In this document: in pieces, positions 28,238 through 38,733 of the stretch
How the letters are laid out: each line of letters starts with the position of its first letter
Position numbering within the stretch: the first letter of the stretch is position 1
IMG/VR virus record: IMGVR_UViG_3300022225_001767
Direction: 5' to 3' (one strand)
Source: a virus
DNA: 64,000 bases
Notes under the pieces: generated by a model
What the model was told of the DNA's origin: nothing
Seen by the model: the letters and a program-made list of their open reading frames with translations, nothing else
Database searches by the model: none
Translations under genes and position numbers: made by a program

Positions 28238-29008
28238 CTATTTCTTGCGACGCATTGTTGCGCCAGCAAACACCATCAGTGCACCGAATGCGCCTACCAA
28301 TGGTACATTGGTGAACTGAGCTTGCGCGACATTTTGAGCTTCCTGTAAGGAAAGCGATGTGTCGATGTTTAACAGATTGCGATTTGCTTCATTGTCCTCA
28401 ATTAACAATGTCATGGTCGGGTCAAAAACATAACCGTTGTTGGCCGTGCCATAATCACGATCAGAGTCCAAAAATATATGCAAAGACACCGCGTCTTCAT
28501 GCAGCATCCCTGAAGCAGTATAGCGATAGGGTTCATTGATTTGCGTAAAGCCAGTGTTAACAACGTCACCAATATAATTACCCGCCGCATCTTTTTGAAG
28601 CACGCGCGCACGGGCGTCATCTGTTGCACCTGACCACATCCATGCATCTAACTTTATCGTCACTACACCACTGCGGAAAAATGACGCGTTGTATTCAGAC
28701 AAAGACGTTAAATCGAATGACTGTGTTACACTATTAAAAGCACTACGACCACCATAAAAATAACGTCCCTCTTTATCAAAGGGATGATTGGCTAACGTCG
28801 TGGTGTCGATAAACTGCGTCGTTTGTGTTCCAGCGGCAAACTGCCAGCCTGTTGGCTCTGTGCTAATGTTCCCGGCATAACTTCCGTTATCGTCCAAAAA
28901 CAAGCCGTTTTCAACCAAATTTTCTGTTTCTATTAGGTTAGCCGCGTTGGCGCTCATAGCCATCCCTATTGCTAGCGCGCCGATGGCTTTAAATGTTGCC
29001 TTTAACAT
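28238..29008 (-). CDS. Exported protein with PEP-CTERM-like tail
   Basis: Signal peptide; TNVPLVG + TM + RRKK; related to 13842. Confidence 0.8.
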   Translation of the reverse strand: MLKATFKAIGALAIGMAMSANAANLIETENLVENGLFLDDNGSYAGNISTEPTGWQFAAGTQTTQFIDTTTLANHPFDKEGRYFYGGRSAFNSVTQSFDLTSLSEYNASFFRSGVVTIKLDAWMWSGATDDARARVLQKDAAGNYIGDVVNTGFTQINEPYRYTASGMLHEDAVSLHIFLDSDRDYGTANNGYVFDPTMTLLIEDNEANRNLLNIDTSLSLQEAQNVAQAQFTNVPLVGAFGALMVFAGATMRRKK

Positions 29009-29069
29009 GAAATTGTTCCTATTCAACATGTCTTAAAAATAACATAAAACTTTGCAATACGTGTGCCAA

Positions 29070-30086
29070 CTACCTTAACTTCATTGAGTGAGGTTCCACT
29101 GAAACACTGTGGCTATTCTCATGCTCGATGACCTCTTTCGATTCACTTCTCACCGACAACAATGCGCTTTTCGCATCAGGTGATAAAGGCAGGCTATCGA
29201 TGACATGACTAACAGCATCCCGCTCACTGCCACCACATGGCGCCCCACCATTTCTTAACCAATGATAAGTCAACGCTTGTAAACGCGGCACACCGGTTTC
29301 AACATCAGCGTCTGGCATTTTTTCTCGAAGCGCATTCATGCACACCTCCAGTACATCCTCTGGTGCACTCGTCATCATCTCATTTAGCACATGCTCAAAA
29401 GACGGCGGGCAAAGATAGCGCTCTCGTTGCGCAACACTTAATTGCGCCAACAGGTACTCTCTATCTGATTGTGAACGAGTAAGCGAACGCGCAAACGCAG
29501 CTATCACATCAGCATGTGCTGTTGCTATAGGACGGTGGTTAGCAACATCCGCCAGGGCTTGTTGAAATTCACCAAACGTCATGTCTCCCAACGCATTACG
29601 AAGATACTGCTTTTGCCACTTGGCATCATTGCTGAGCAACGCCGTAAAACGAGATAGGCGTTCACTTGGAGTTAACCGACTGTCCCGAGACATGATCCTA
29701 TCGCCGTCGAGCAGGCTGTCAGCGACGACAAAATCACGCTGAAACAACCATCGCTGTATAATGGGGTTCGTGGCATGAATTAAGGCTGGCATATCCATCT
29801 CTGCGCTGTACATATCGCATTCGTCCATCGCCACCTCAAACAACTTACGTCCCACACCTTGCGATTGCGCCTCAGGACTGATGGCGATATCCGCATCGAA
29901 AGGATCTGTGCTTATAAATACGGCCCCCGTTAACACACCGTTGTCATCTGCGCTGTAAGCAAACAATGACTTTCCGCTCTCTACGTATATGCCGGCTGAC
30001 TTCACTAAGTCATCAATACCCGACAAGTCCACGCCACTATCGCTTTCATTGTCGCCCTCTGGATCATAAAAGAAAATATTACTCAT
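29070..30086 (-). CDS. GNAT-family acetyltransferase domain protein
   Basis: IAISPEAQSQGVGRKLF acetyl-CoA-binding motif A; basic tail HSMKLR. Confidence 0.65.
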   Translation of the reverse strand: MSNIFFYDPEGDNESDSGVDLSGIDDLVKSAGIYVESGKSLFAYSADDNGVLTGAVFISTDPFDADIAISPEAQSQGVGRKLFEVAMDECDMYSAEMDMPALIHATNPIIQRWLFQRDFVVADSLLDGDRIMSRDSRLTPSERLSRFTALLSNDAKWQKQYLRNALGDMTFGEFQQALADVANHRPIATAHADVIAAFARSLTRSQSDREYLLAQLSVAQRERYLCPPSFEHVLNEMMTSAPEDVLEVCMNALREKMPDADVETGVPRLQALTYHWLRNGGAPCGGSERDAVSHVIDSLPLSPDAKSALLSVRSESKEVIEHENSHSVSVEPHSMKLR

Positions 30087-30177
30087 TGTAGCCTCACCAC
30101 CAAGCTTTCATTTACATTGAGGTTATCACATCGCAGAAAAAACATCGGCAAACGCACCATTCCGCCTTTTATTTTCG

Positions 30178-30227
30178 TTGACTCATTTTATTAAACCTAG
30201 TAATATTAAGTCTATATTGTCAACACA
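30178..30227 (+). promoter_or_regulatory. Repeated promoter + GTCAACACA leader (longer spacing)
   Basis: TTGACT 30178, TAATAT 30201, GTCAAC 30219. Confidence 0.65.
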
Positions 30228-30239
30228 GCGAACATTGTT

Positions 30240-31262
30240 ATGAGCACACTATGCCACCTTTCCGGCTTACCTATAAAAGAAGGTGAGCCCGTTATCGTTT
30301 TACCTTTACTGTTGAGTTCTGCAACCAGCCACGGCTATACAAGCGTAGCCAATAAAGCTGCGGACATGTTTCACTTTCCCTTTAAGGGCACCATGGGTGA
30401 GTATGGCAGTGTAACTACTGATGAAGGTCACGCGCTGTTGAATTATGTCAACGAAAACATGGCCAACAAAACAGATTGGTTTAAAGGCCTGTCCCCGTTT
30501 GCGCTTGGCAGTGAGCTTTTTGCAACGGTCAAAAGCAATGACGGAGGCGTTGAACGAGGAGAGTGGATCCCACATCGTGCGTTTGACAATATAGAGTCAG
30601 CGGAGACACGGGCAAACTACTTCCACACGGACAACGAATTCGACACGTGCGATGCTTTGCTTAACGTGATGATGAACGGCAGCTTGATTAAACTTGGTCG
30701 AACGCCTACCTTTTTAACCTACATTATCATTGACGCGGCTTTTTTTGAGAAAACCTCTTCCATGATCCTCGGTGACGTTCCTAAAGCGTCTACGCAAGTG
30801 ATGTTATCGTTGGCAATGAATGCCTACGAGGTCGCAAGCGCATCAGAGAAAGACAAACATTGGATAACCTTGGAAAAAGCCCTTACAGGTAGTGAGTTTT
30901 TCGAAGCTAAGCGTATTTTTGTCAACACTGGTGTTGACGAGCTCATTAAGTCTTCGTTGAGAGAGGTCTTATTCGATGGATTGCAAACCCAAGCCCCTGT
31001 GGCGGAGATGAAGGACAAAATCAGCCCACTACTTACATCTATAGCCACCCTGTCATCCATTTATGCGCTTTACCATAAACTCGGGCGTACCTTCTTGCCT
31101 CAAATGATAAGAGCCAACATGGAAACCAAAGCTATGTTTACGCACATTGTAGCCGGAGAAATAGAGTCTCGACGCGCATCAAACCGCCTCAAGCTTATCA
31201 ATGATGGCTACACGGAGGAAGATGACGCCGAATTCCTTAATGAGCGTCAGTGGTTTAATTAA
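30240..31262 (+). CDS. Hypothetical protein
   Basis: 340 aa ORF. Confidence 0.8.
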   Translation: MSTLCHLSGLPIKEGEPVIVLPLLLSSATSHGYTSVANKAADMFHFPFKGTMGEYGSVTTDEGHALLNYVNENMANKTDWFKGLSPFALGSELFATVKSNDGGVERGEWIPHRAFDNIESAETRANYFHTDNEFDTCDALLNVMMNGSLIKLGRTPTFLTYIIIDAAFFEKTSSMILGDVPKASTQVMLSLAMNAYEVASASEKDKHWITLEKALTGSEFFEAKRIFVNTGVDELIKSSLREVLFDGLQTQAPVAEMKDKISPLLTSIATLSSIYALYHKLGRTFLPQMIRANMETKAMFTHIVAGEIESRRASNRLKLINDGYTEEDDAEFLNERQWFN

Positions 31263-31371
31263 CGACTTGTTGCCATAGTGAGAAACCGGTGATATTGCTT
31301 TTCACTTATTACCTATCACTTATCACTGGGTTTTCTCGCTAAACAATCGATAAACCACACAACCAAAAACA

Positions 31372-31400
31372 AAAAAACCTCGCTGATTAGCGAGGTTTTT
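31372..31400. terminator. Bidirectional intrinsic terminator
   Basis: AAAAAAACCTCGCT-GATT-AGCGAGGTTTTT. Confidence 0.8.
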
Positions 31401-31416
31401 GTTTTTTACGCTACCA

Positions 31417-32439
31417 TCAATCCTTGCGCTTACTGCTCTCGTAGTGCGCTTTACAGCGAATGTCACTTGCATCAAGGTACAACCCTGCGCCCACATAAGG
31501 CACGCCTAATCTAGTGATTATCACGCTCGCATTATAGTGGTCGTAGTATAAATCATAAGGTTCATAAAACGCAGTCGCATTCCCCTTTTTATTAAAGCCT
31601 GCTCGGGATATGAGGGTCTCCACCACCGTTTCATTCAGGTCTTTTTCGAACAGTTCAGGATGCGCCTTCATCATCACGTCACTCAGAGACTTTAGCGTCT
31701 CACGCGGGTCGGATGCATCATGGTCAATGCCAATAACCTTACAGTCACCTTCACCAAAATTAACGGCCAGCGGATCACCCATGCCCTCAAAGTTGACTCC
31801 TACTCCTGCCTGAACCACCAAATGGCTCATTAGTTCAGGTAAATCTTTTGTTTTTCGGGTAAAACTAAAATACGATGGGATCCTATCCAGCAAATCAGGG
31901 ACACTGCTTAAATTGAAGGCCGCGCCTGTCAATGGTGATGTGGCGTCGAAGAAATAACGGTAGCCTTCAACTTCATCACGGCGAAGATCCTTTTTAATCT
32001 CTGCCTCATACTCAAAAGCATGCAGTTCTTTTTCAAACTTGTAATGAAAGATGTCTGGATACATGTAAAGCATATCAAGTACGCCAACTTCTACACCTTG
32101 TTCACGTACTACATTGACGCTTGCGTCATCATACTCACGATGGTGACGAAACAGAGAAACATTGAAGTATTGGACTTGGTAATGCGCAAACATTTCATTA
32201 GTGTTGTGAAACCCCAACATGTCAGCGGCGAGCTTATCGGCTGCGCTTTGCTTTATGCTATCACGCGCTTTTTGGCCTACCGCACGCGCAACACTGTCAC
32301 CCAGCGATTCCTTTTTAATGGTATGCTTAAATAGACCGACAACTTGCTCTAACGTCAGTGACGCTCGTAAACTTTCTCTTAACGCAGCTAGGTCTTTTTC
32401 GTTTTGGATTACTTTTCTTAATGGTATTTCGTTTGACAT
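31417..32439 (-). CDS. Protein with Glyoxalase_8-like N-terminal helical motif
   Basis: IKQSAADKLAADMLGFHNTNEMFA; GAGG SD. Confidence 0.65.
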   Translation of the reverse strand: MSNEIPLRKVIQNEKDLAALRESLRASLTLEQVVGLFKHTIKKESLGDSVARAVGQKARDSIKQSAADKLAADMLGFHNTNEMFAHYQVQYFNVSLFRHHREYDDASVNVVREQGVEVGVLDMLYMYPDIFHYKFEKELHAFEYEAEIKKDLRRDEVEGYRYFFDATSPLTGAAFNLSSVPDLLDRIPSYFSFTRKTKDLPELMSHLVVQAGVGVNFEGMGDPLAVNFGEGDCKVIGIDHDASDPRETLKSLSDVMMKAHPELFEKDLNETVVETLISRAGFNKKGNATAFYEPYDLYYDHYNASVIITRLGVPYVGAGLYLDASDIRCKAHYESSKRKD

Positions 32440-32594
32440 GATATCATCCTCTTGATAGCAGTGTGTTGTGCCCCGTTTCCATCACACTGCTTGACGATGT
32501 AACGACAAACGGTGTCATAAAAAAAGTTGATGTAACTATTCATAGTGCGTTGCGCCAAGGGGCGGCGTGGTGCAAAACCACATCTCAAAGAGAC
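32440..32594 (-). ncRNA. Structured 5' leader C (pseudoknot-like family)
   Basis: Minus-strand promoter TTGACT 32629-32624 / TAATAT 32606-32601. GCCCC (32563-32559) pairs with GGGGC (32474-32470), in the loop of GCAGTGTG / CACACTGC. Confidence 0.55.
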
Positions 32595-32637
32595 CGTTTT
32601 ATATTAACCACATAACCAACATAAGTCAAATATTCTG

Positions 32638-32681
32638 TTGACAATAAACACAGTTCTTGAGAGAATAACCTTGTCAACACA
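32638..32681 (+). promoter_or_regulatory. Repeated promoter + GTCAACACA leader
   Basis: TTGACA 32638, TGAGAGAAT, GTCAAC 32673. Confidence 0.85.
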
Positions 32682-32697
32682 CTCTTTGGAGATCCTT

Positions 32698-33051
32698 ATG
32701 CCTAAAAACATCCCGATTACGGTAGATAAATTACGTGATGTTATTGAAAGTCAGCGCTGCCTTTATGGTGATGCGCCTGTTGTAGTCCGTCCGGAACCTG
32801 CAAACCCTTTTTTTATCAAAGTGGCCAACCACTATATCCTTGATTGTCAGCGCGACGTCGATATGGCGGAAGACGGCATTACGCTGAAAACGCTATCAGA
32901 GGCGCTTAAGGGCTTGCCGGGGCATGCTCGCGTTATGTCTGAAGATCGCATTCGCAACAATACTGAAATTGGTTTTTATTCCCCCGAAGAAGGTTTCGTG
33001 GCCACATTGATGGCGAATGAAATAGGGCGTAAGCGCATACAAGCCGCGTAG
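32698..33051 (+). CDS. Hypothetical protein
   Basis: ATG after GGAG SD. Confidence 0.7.
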   Translation: MPKNIPITVDKLRDVIESQRCLYGDAPVVVRPEPANPFFIKVANHYILDCQRDVDMAEDGITLKTLSEALKGLPGHARVMSEDRIRNNTEIGFYSPEEGFVATLMANEIGRKRIQAA

Positions 33052-33085
33052 CCTAAATTTCACCTTCTCTCGCAGCAAGTTACCC

Positions 33086-33129
33086 TTGACGGTGAGTGCT
33101 TTTGCTGCGAGAATGGGTACGTCAACACA
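33086..33129 (+). promoter_or_regulatory. Repeated promoter + GTCAACACA leader
   Basis: TTGACG 33086, TGCGAGAAT, GTCAAC 33121. Confidence 0.8.
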
Positions 33130-33150
33130 GCAACAGGAACCATTCTGTCA

Positions 33151-33795
33151 ATGAAATCACCTACGCCATTTTCGTGTAAAGATATTACACTTACACTATC
33201 GCCTATCACTTCTGATAACGATTCAGTTGTAGGTGATATGCCTAATCCAGAGCGCGTAAGCACATCGCGATTATGCATGACGTTTAGCGCTATGAATCAG
33301 TACGTCATGGACAATTATCTTTCTAGCGAAGAACGTGAAAATGAATTTGTAGTTCAGTTCAGCGCGCCCGCGACGGGTTACCATACCGACGGCTCGAATG
33401 AGACGTTTATTCGCAGCGTGATCACTTACATCACGGCATGTCAAACCGCCTTTGATCATGAGCAAGCATCACTCACCGTTGATAATCCTTCTCACGCACG
33501 TCAGTTTCTTGGTAACCACACACCTAACCATTACCAAGACGTCAGCAATGTTATGCTGGCTAAATTCATCGAACTTGTCAGCCCAGAACGCTCAACTTTT
33601 TCCACTAGTGAGCTCGACTTGATTGATGACTATCGACTTATTTGCTATCACACTATGAAGTGGTTGTATTGCGCGATTTCTGGCGATGACTTTACTACCA
33701 TGGTGGGTAACGATGGCAGCGTTTACGATGCCAGCAACGTGCCGCTTTTTGATTGTGTAGATGATGTTCTCGCTGTGCTACACAACCAACTTTAA
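33151..33795 (+). CDS. Hypothetical protein
   Basis: 214 aa ORF. Confidence 0.75.
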   Translation: MKSPTPFSCKDITLTLSPITSDNDSVVGDMPNPERVSTSRLCMTFSAMNQYVMDNYLSSEERENEFVVQFSAPATGYHTDGSNETFIRSVITYITACQTAFDHEQASLTVDNPSHARQFLGNHTPNHYQDVSNVMLAKFIELVSPERSTFSTSELDLIDDYRLICYHTMKWLYCAISGDDFTTMVGNDGSVYDASNVPLFDCVDDVLAVLHNQL

Positions 33796-33818
33796 CTCCC
33801 TAACCCACATTCTTTGTG

Positions 33819-33864
33819 TTGACTTGAACACTTACTTTTGAGATAATTAACATGTCAACACAAC
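33819..33864 (+). promoter_or_regulatory. Repeated promoter + GTCAACACAAC leader
   Basis: TTGACT 33819, TGAGATAAT, GTCAAC 33854. Confidence 0.85.
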
Positions 33865-33872
33865 GAGGAAAT

Positions 33873-34355
33873 ATGATGTCTTTACTTAAAAGCAGTTCGG
33901 TAACACTTCATTTCTTACCAGCAAAGGCGATTAAACCCGGTCTAACCATTGCTATTGAAAACGACGATGGTTCCGTGGTTACAGGTGAGGTATCCAATGT
34001 GCACGTAGGCGGCGAGTCACCGGATTCGCCAACTGACTTTGCCATTCTCATCAATAACGATGAACACTTCAAGGTGATGGATGCGGATGACCCCGTTAAG
34101 CTTATTGTGCCGTATTTAGCAGGTGCTGACCTTACGATTTTGCAGCGGGCTGCGTTATCGTTACTCAACGACATCAATGTGGCGGGTGGACTTTATGAAC
34201 GTAACGGCAACTTTGATACGGTCGAAGGTTGGGACGAAGATGGATGGCCTGACCTTGCTGAGTCAGTAGTTCAAACCTACCATGCACTAAAGAACGAAGG
34301 CGTGATGGACGCTTGTCTTTTGATTACTGATGTTAGTGATGATGAAGACAACTAG
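33873..34355 (+). CDS. Acidic hypothetical protein
   Basis: ATG after GAGG SD. Confidence 0.75.
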   Translation: MMSLLKSSSVTLHFLPAKAIKPGLTIAIENDDGSVVTGEVSNVHVGGESPDSPTDFAILINNDEHFKVMDADDPVKLIVPYLAGADLTILQRAALSLLNDINVAGGLYERNGNFDTVEGWDEDGWPDLAESVVQTYHALKNEGVMDACLLITDVSDDEDN

Positions 34356-34382
34356 TTTATGAGGGCGGCGTAAAGTCGCCTA

Positions 34383-34429
34383 TTGACAACCTACTCAAGT
34401 TTTGAGATACTTATTCCTGTCAACACAAC
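34383..34429 (+). promoter_or_regulatory. Repeated promoter + GTCAACACAAC leader
   Basis: TTGACA 34383, TGAGATACT, GTCAAC 34419. Confidence 0.9.
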
Positions 34430-34442
34430 ACAGGAAAATGTT

Positions 34443-34646
34443 ATGTATCCAAATATTGTTACATTTGTGCCAGGCGTAGACAAAAAACCTGAAGGCCTAG
34501 GCAAATGCATCGGTTCTTTAGTGTATCGGATGTCATCAGGCACGGTAAAAGCTGCGGTGCACGTTGCGCCTAACGGCAACGAGGCGCTGGCACGAAAAGA
34601 GCTGGATGCCATTAATCTTAACAGTCAGCGCGCACAGATGCGCTGA
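34443..34646 (+). CDS. Small hypothetical protein
   Basis: ATG after AGGA SD. Confidence 0.7.
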   Translation: MYPNIVTFVPGVDKKPEGLGKCIGSLVYRMSSGTVKAAVHVAPNGNEALARKELDAINLNSQRAQMR

Positions 34647-34652
34647 TTGTTG

Positions 34653-34696
34653 TTGACAAGAGGCCATCTCATTGAGATAATGCCATCGTCAACACA
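34653..34696 (+). promoter_or_regulatory. Repeated promoter + GTCAACACA leader
   Basis: TTGACA 34653, TGAGATAAT, GTCAAC 34688. Confidence 0.85.
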
Positions 34697-34838
34697 CGTA
34701 CATGTCGCACACTTTAGGCAACCGTAGATCATTATTCTACAACTTGCCACGCAAACAATCACTACGCTCATGCTGCGATAACTCGATTATACGTCGGGAT
34801 AAAGCTTGAGCTGAACAACGTATTTATTGGAGTCTATT

Positions 34839-35129
34839 ATGACACAGAAAGTTTCTAAAGCGATCCTAAACGTATCGCGTATCGACACGGCCATTAAAAA
34901 AGCCAAAGAGGTACTTGTTAAGCGCGCAAAGAAAAGCGGAATCACTGAGAACTTTGGACGGGCAGAAGTGGACGCTATTCGTGAGAAGTTTATCAACCCC
35001 TCTGATTTTAGTAATGATGAACTTAAGAAGCGTTCTCAGCTAACGGCGTTCTCTGATTGGGCAGCTTCGCTTAGTTTAGAAGACCTTGAAGATAAACCGG
35101 CAAGCAAACGGATTTCTATGTTTGACTAG
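34839..35129 (+). CDS. Hypothetical protein
   Basis: ATG after GGAG SD. Confidence 0.7.
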   Translation: MTQKVSKAILNVSRIDTAIKKAKEVLVKRAKKSGITENFGRAEVDAIREKFINPSDFSNDELKKRSQLTAFSDWAASLSLEDLEDKPASKRISMFD

Positions 35130-35185
35130 AAGGCCTGGTATTATGGCGTTTCTTAATCTGGCGATTTCACTGTATTGGAGGGAGC

Positions 35186-35467
35186 GTGGCTGATAGCAAC
35201 CTCGATGGCGTTGTCGCCTTGTATAAGTCTGATATCAATGCGATAATTGATGCACTTGAGAAGGAGGTCTCACCCTCTCTTTTCATTAAGCTCTCGGGCT
35301 TCCTTATGCCTACGCTAAACGTTAACGTCATGGACGAAGAGGGTAACGCTCTCCCCTATCTTTGTGCCGTTTACGTACACAGATTGAATGGGTTTTACGC
35401 CACTCTCGCGTCCTCGGTTCCTTTGCGTACAAGACGAGCGCTACCCAGGATCCGACCCACTCAATAA
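35186..35467 (+). CDS. Hypothetical protein
   Basis: GTG start after GGAGGGAG. Confidence 0.5.
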   Translation: MADSNLDGVVALYKSDINAIIDALEKEVSPSLFIKLSGFLMPTLNVNVMDEEGNALPYLCAVYVHRLNGFYATLASSVPLRTRRALPRIRPTQ

Positions 35468-35743
35468 CATAGAGGATTGCTCTTTTATTAGGCTGTGACG
35501 GAAGGCCGCACGCGCATCCCACGTCCCGTCATCTTCGAGCTCAGCCAGGCGCTCAGCAGCGTCTGGGTAAGTGCTCATGTTTTCTTTTGTTATTTCAAAC
35601 ACACTTATTGCCATGTGCTGCAATCTTGGCATCTCAGCCAATGGTGCATCGCAAATGATACGCGAGACAGCTTGCTTATCACCGCTATTTGAGGCTTTTG
35701 CCATCGCCACCATCCAATCCCATTCGGATTTAGATTGACTCAT
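35441..35743 (-). CDS. Hypothetical protein
   Basis: 100 aa, AAGGGA SD. Confidence 0.65.
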   Translation of the reverse strand: MSQSKSEWDWMVAMAKASNSGDKQAVSRIICDAPLAEMPRLQHMAISVFEITKENMSTYPDAAERLAELEDDGTWDARAAFRHSLIKEQSSMLLSGSDPG

Positions 35744-35793
35744 AAATATCCCTTCGCGTTGTTTAATGTCACCTCTATACTATCACAAAACGA

Positions 35794-35838
35794 TTGCTTT
35801 TTGAGTCCATTTTTGGCATACTTAATTATGTCAACACA
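35794..35838 (+). promoter_or_regulatory. Repeated promoter + GTCAACACA leader
   Basis: TTGCTT 35794, TGGCATACT, GTCAAC 35830. Confidence 0.8.
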
Positions 35839-35850
35839 CAAGGAAAAACC

Positions 35851-36486
35851 ATGCGAACCCTAACCAAAAGTTACACAGGTCAAACAGAGTCAACCGACAA
35901 CTTACAACGCGCACTTCATGCCATTATGCATGCCAATAGTATTATCAGTGCACGTGAAGAGTCATTTGATCCTTCATTTGTTACGCTCGCAGCTTCTGAG
36001 GTGCTAGAAGAGACGGCAACTCTGGCCAACGCTTTCCCGTGTCCTGAAATCGAGGCCATTCAGGCCGTTCTGCCTCGGATTGTCGCAGGTACCATCGCAT
36101 CGACAGAGTTTCGCTTAACGCTTCAAGAACCGGAGTTTCAAAAAGCGTCGTTTGGCACACTCCCGGACAAGCGAACTGTGTGTTTTTCATTCCCAAGCGT
36201 GAATGGTGATAAAGAAATGCGTGTTGCGTTTTCTGTTAAGCGCGTAGCTGCGTTTAGCGAGCATCATTACGAAATAGACCGTGATGGTGAAGTGTCTCAC
36301 CCTTACTCAACGTTAGGTACGCCATCGGCCGCGACCCTTGATTTTTTTACTACACTCCTTAACCGCATTGTCTTCAGCGACCTCTCATTCCCTCTGACTG
36401 TCACTGATGATGAACTTGTGGAGGCGCAAAACACGCTACGTAAATACCGCGCTTTACTTGATGCGGCAGATGAACTGCAAGGATAA
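35851..36486 (+). CDS. Hypothetical protein
   Basis: ATG after AAGGA SD. Confidence 0.75.
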   Translation: MRTLTKSYTGQTESTDNLQRALHAIMHANSIISAREESFDPSFVTLAASEVLEETATLANAFPCPEIEAIQAVLPRIVAGTIASTEFRLTLQEPEFQKASFGTLPDKRTVCFSFPSVNGDKEMRVAFSVKRVAAFSEHHYEIDRDGEVSHPYSTLGTPSAATLDFFTTLLNRIVFSDLSFPLTVTDDELVEAQNTLRKYRALLDAADELQG

Positions 36487-36490
36487 AAGC

Positions 36491-37783
36491 ATGAACCCAC
36501 TTGGCAAACGCCTTAACAAGTTAAACATTACCCCTTCCTCATCAGTGTCGCTAGATACAGCACACCTTGTTGAGGTGTACTGCCCCGACACGTCGGTTGC
36601 CTCATGGTTACTTTCGATGCTAAAAGAAACGGGGGTTGTACTATTTCACAAGGAGCAAATAGCGATCCTTTACCCGGGGTCTGGCTATGGGTTGGCTGCG
36701 CATTGGTATTTTGCTGATGCCAACGCTGTCACCGTCATGCGTTCTCTCATACAGAAGGCTAAGCGCGAGGTGTTCAGCGAGGTGTTTACAGATAAAGAGA
36801 CCTTTAAAGACACCTCAACATTCCTCTCAACAGCGACACAGGCCGCTACGCTAAGTGATATTGACTTCACCCATCTTGATGGCGCGCTTCACCGTTCGGT
36901 TACCACGCCCGACGAAGCAGCCGTGTTCATCAAGCATAGAGTTGACAACATTGACAACAAGCGCATCAGTATCGCTCACCGTCTTATTGCGCAACGCCAG
37001 TGCGACCATATCAATGCACAGATAGCGCAACAGCACAGCTTTTCTGCTCGCTGCAACAATGTGGCAACACTTATGTGTGAAGGGTTTATCTCCTTTCCTC
37101 TTGATGCTGTACTTGACATCATGTCATCGATGTTACCCTGGTGCACACAGGAAATGACATCCCTACTTGGTGATGGCGGCAACAATAGTGATATGTGGAC
37201 ACTGCTGAATGCTTATCGCCAACATGTATTTAATGACCATAATTCATTGGATTTAGATGTTAGCTTTGCCCCTACAGAGATAATTACGCAGCTTTTTTTA
37301 CCCACCTTACCCAAGGAGATTGACGACGCTATCGAGGTGCTGATCAAAGATATAACTGTTGGGTTTGAGCCTTTAATGACAGGTGCGTTTAAAACACCGT
37401 TTATTGGTATGCTTTCGGCGGGGTATGAAAATTTCTCCGAACATTTGCTTAGCGCAATGCGCACTATTCATGCGCACACGGAATCTCAACGGCATGCGCA
37501 GTACGAGCCTCAAATGCTTTCTTCCACACTCAACTTTGAGGCTCGTGCAGGTGGAAGCAATGCAGCGCCAAAACAACGTGAAACAGTGAAAGAAGTCATT
37601 AAGCGCCTAATGGTCAACACTCTTGTTGATATCATAAGAATGGCGCGACAATGTGATGCACACGCCGCGGTGTGCTACAGCTTGTTTGAACAAGGTGCTG
37701 ACGGCAATCAAGAGCCTAAAGCGCAGTTTCATGCGCTTATTGAAGAGCTTAGCGCTATCAGCAATAGGCGATACGGCTGTTAG
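36491..37783 (+). CDS. Hypothetical protein
   Basis: 430 aa, immediately after the previous gene. Confidence 0.8.
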   Translation: MNPLGKRLNKLNITPSSSVSLDTAHLVEVYCPDTSVASWLLSMLKETGVVLFHKEQIAILYPGSGYGLAAHWYFADANAVTVMRSLIQKAKREVFSEVFTDKETFKDTSTFLSTATQAATLSDIDFTHLDGALHRSVTTPDEAAVFIKHRVDNIDNKRISIAHRLIAQRQCDHINAQIAQQHSFSARCNNVATLMCEGFISFPLDAVLDIMSSMLPWCTQEMTSLLGDGGNNSDMWTLLNAYRQHVFNDHNSLDLDVSFAPTEIITQLFLPTLPKEIDDAIEVLIKDITVGFEPLMTGAFKTPFIGMLSAGYENFSEHLLSAMRTIHAHTESQRHAQYEPQMLSSTLNFEARAGGSNAAPKQRETVKEVIKRLMVNTLVDIIRMARQCDAHAAVCYSLFEQGADGNQEPKAQFHALIEELSAISNRRYGC

Positions 37784-38625
37784 CCAGCAGCGTTCTTAAT
37801 ATCCTCACCAATAAGCCTTGCAAAGACAGGGCTTTTGCTCAAATCAAACCCATGCCGGGCACCTTTCGACAAATAATCAGCGACCAGCATATGACCTTGC
37901 GCATCCCGGGTATGAATAACCCCGGTGTGCTCGCTACCCGGACGAAGCAGTCCCAAGTGAACAACCGGATCACGTAGATTAGCGAAATGCTCTTGCACTA
38001 TCGCCTCATGCAGTTGATTTTCTCTAAAACCTGCCCCAAACGTGATGTATCTTACGCGCTGCAACTGCGCACGGCCTAAACGCGCTGTCAATATGCTTAG
38101 CGCCCTCGTCGCAATAATTGCACCCTGTGAATAACCAACTACGGTCACCGGATAGGGGGATGTTTTCAGTGTGTATTCGATTTGCGCGACCAATCCATGT
38201 GCAAGCATTGTCGGCTCGCCATAACGATCTTGGTGGCATTCGAGCAAATCAGCAATGAGGCTTTCAGTAGGGTTATAAACCAGGCCGACAGGTTGCTTAA
38301 ACAGCATTTGTAGGCAGTCGCGCTGCCATTGGGCTAAGCTATAGGGTGTCATCACCCCATTGACAAAAAGAATACGTGCGTTTTTGCATCCATCGAGACA
38401 GACCCCGGCAAAATCTTTTTTAGACAGACTGTCAGAGACGACTTTTAACATGTTTCTCCCGCCGCTCAGGTCACAGTCTTTGCGTATCATCGTTCTTAAA
38501 TTGAAGAGATGGTGTAATTGGAATTTCCCACCCAGCAGCAACCCTACGTCATCGCGAACCGCTTCACCGTATCGGTCGACAAGGTACTGTGTTATCGTCT
38601 CGTCTATTTTTTTTAACATCATCAT
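37780..38625 (-). CDS. Alpha/beta-hydrolase fold protein
   Basis: FVNG oxyanion-like region, GYSQG nucleophile elbow, NLRDPV, GH. Confidence 0.75.
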   Translation of the reverse strand: MMMLKKIDETITQYLVDRYGEAVRDDVGLLLGGKFQLHHLFNLRTMIRKDCDLSGGRNMLKVVSDSLSKKDFAGVCLDGCKNARILFVNGVMTPYSLAQWQRDCLQMLFKQPVGLVYNPTESLIADLLECHQDRYGEPTMLAHGLVAQIEYTLKTSPYPVTVVGYSQGAIIATRALSILTARLGRAQLQRVRYITFGAGFRENQLHEAIVQEHFANLRDPVVHLGLLRPGSEHTGVIHTRDAQGHMLVADYLSKGARHGFDLSKSPVFARLIGEDIKNAAG

Positions 38626-38733
38626 CTTTCTTATAGGATTCCGCTTAACAATGGTGGACGCGCATTGTGATACTGCGGGACAAATAATATATTGTTTATT
38701 ATATCATCAAAACAAAAAACTGCACCAAATTTA

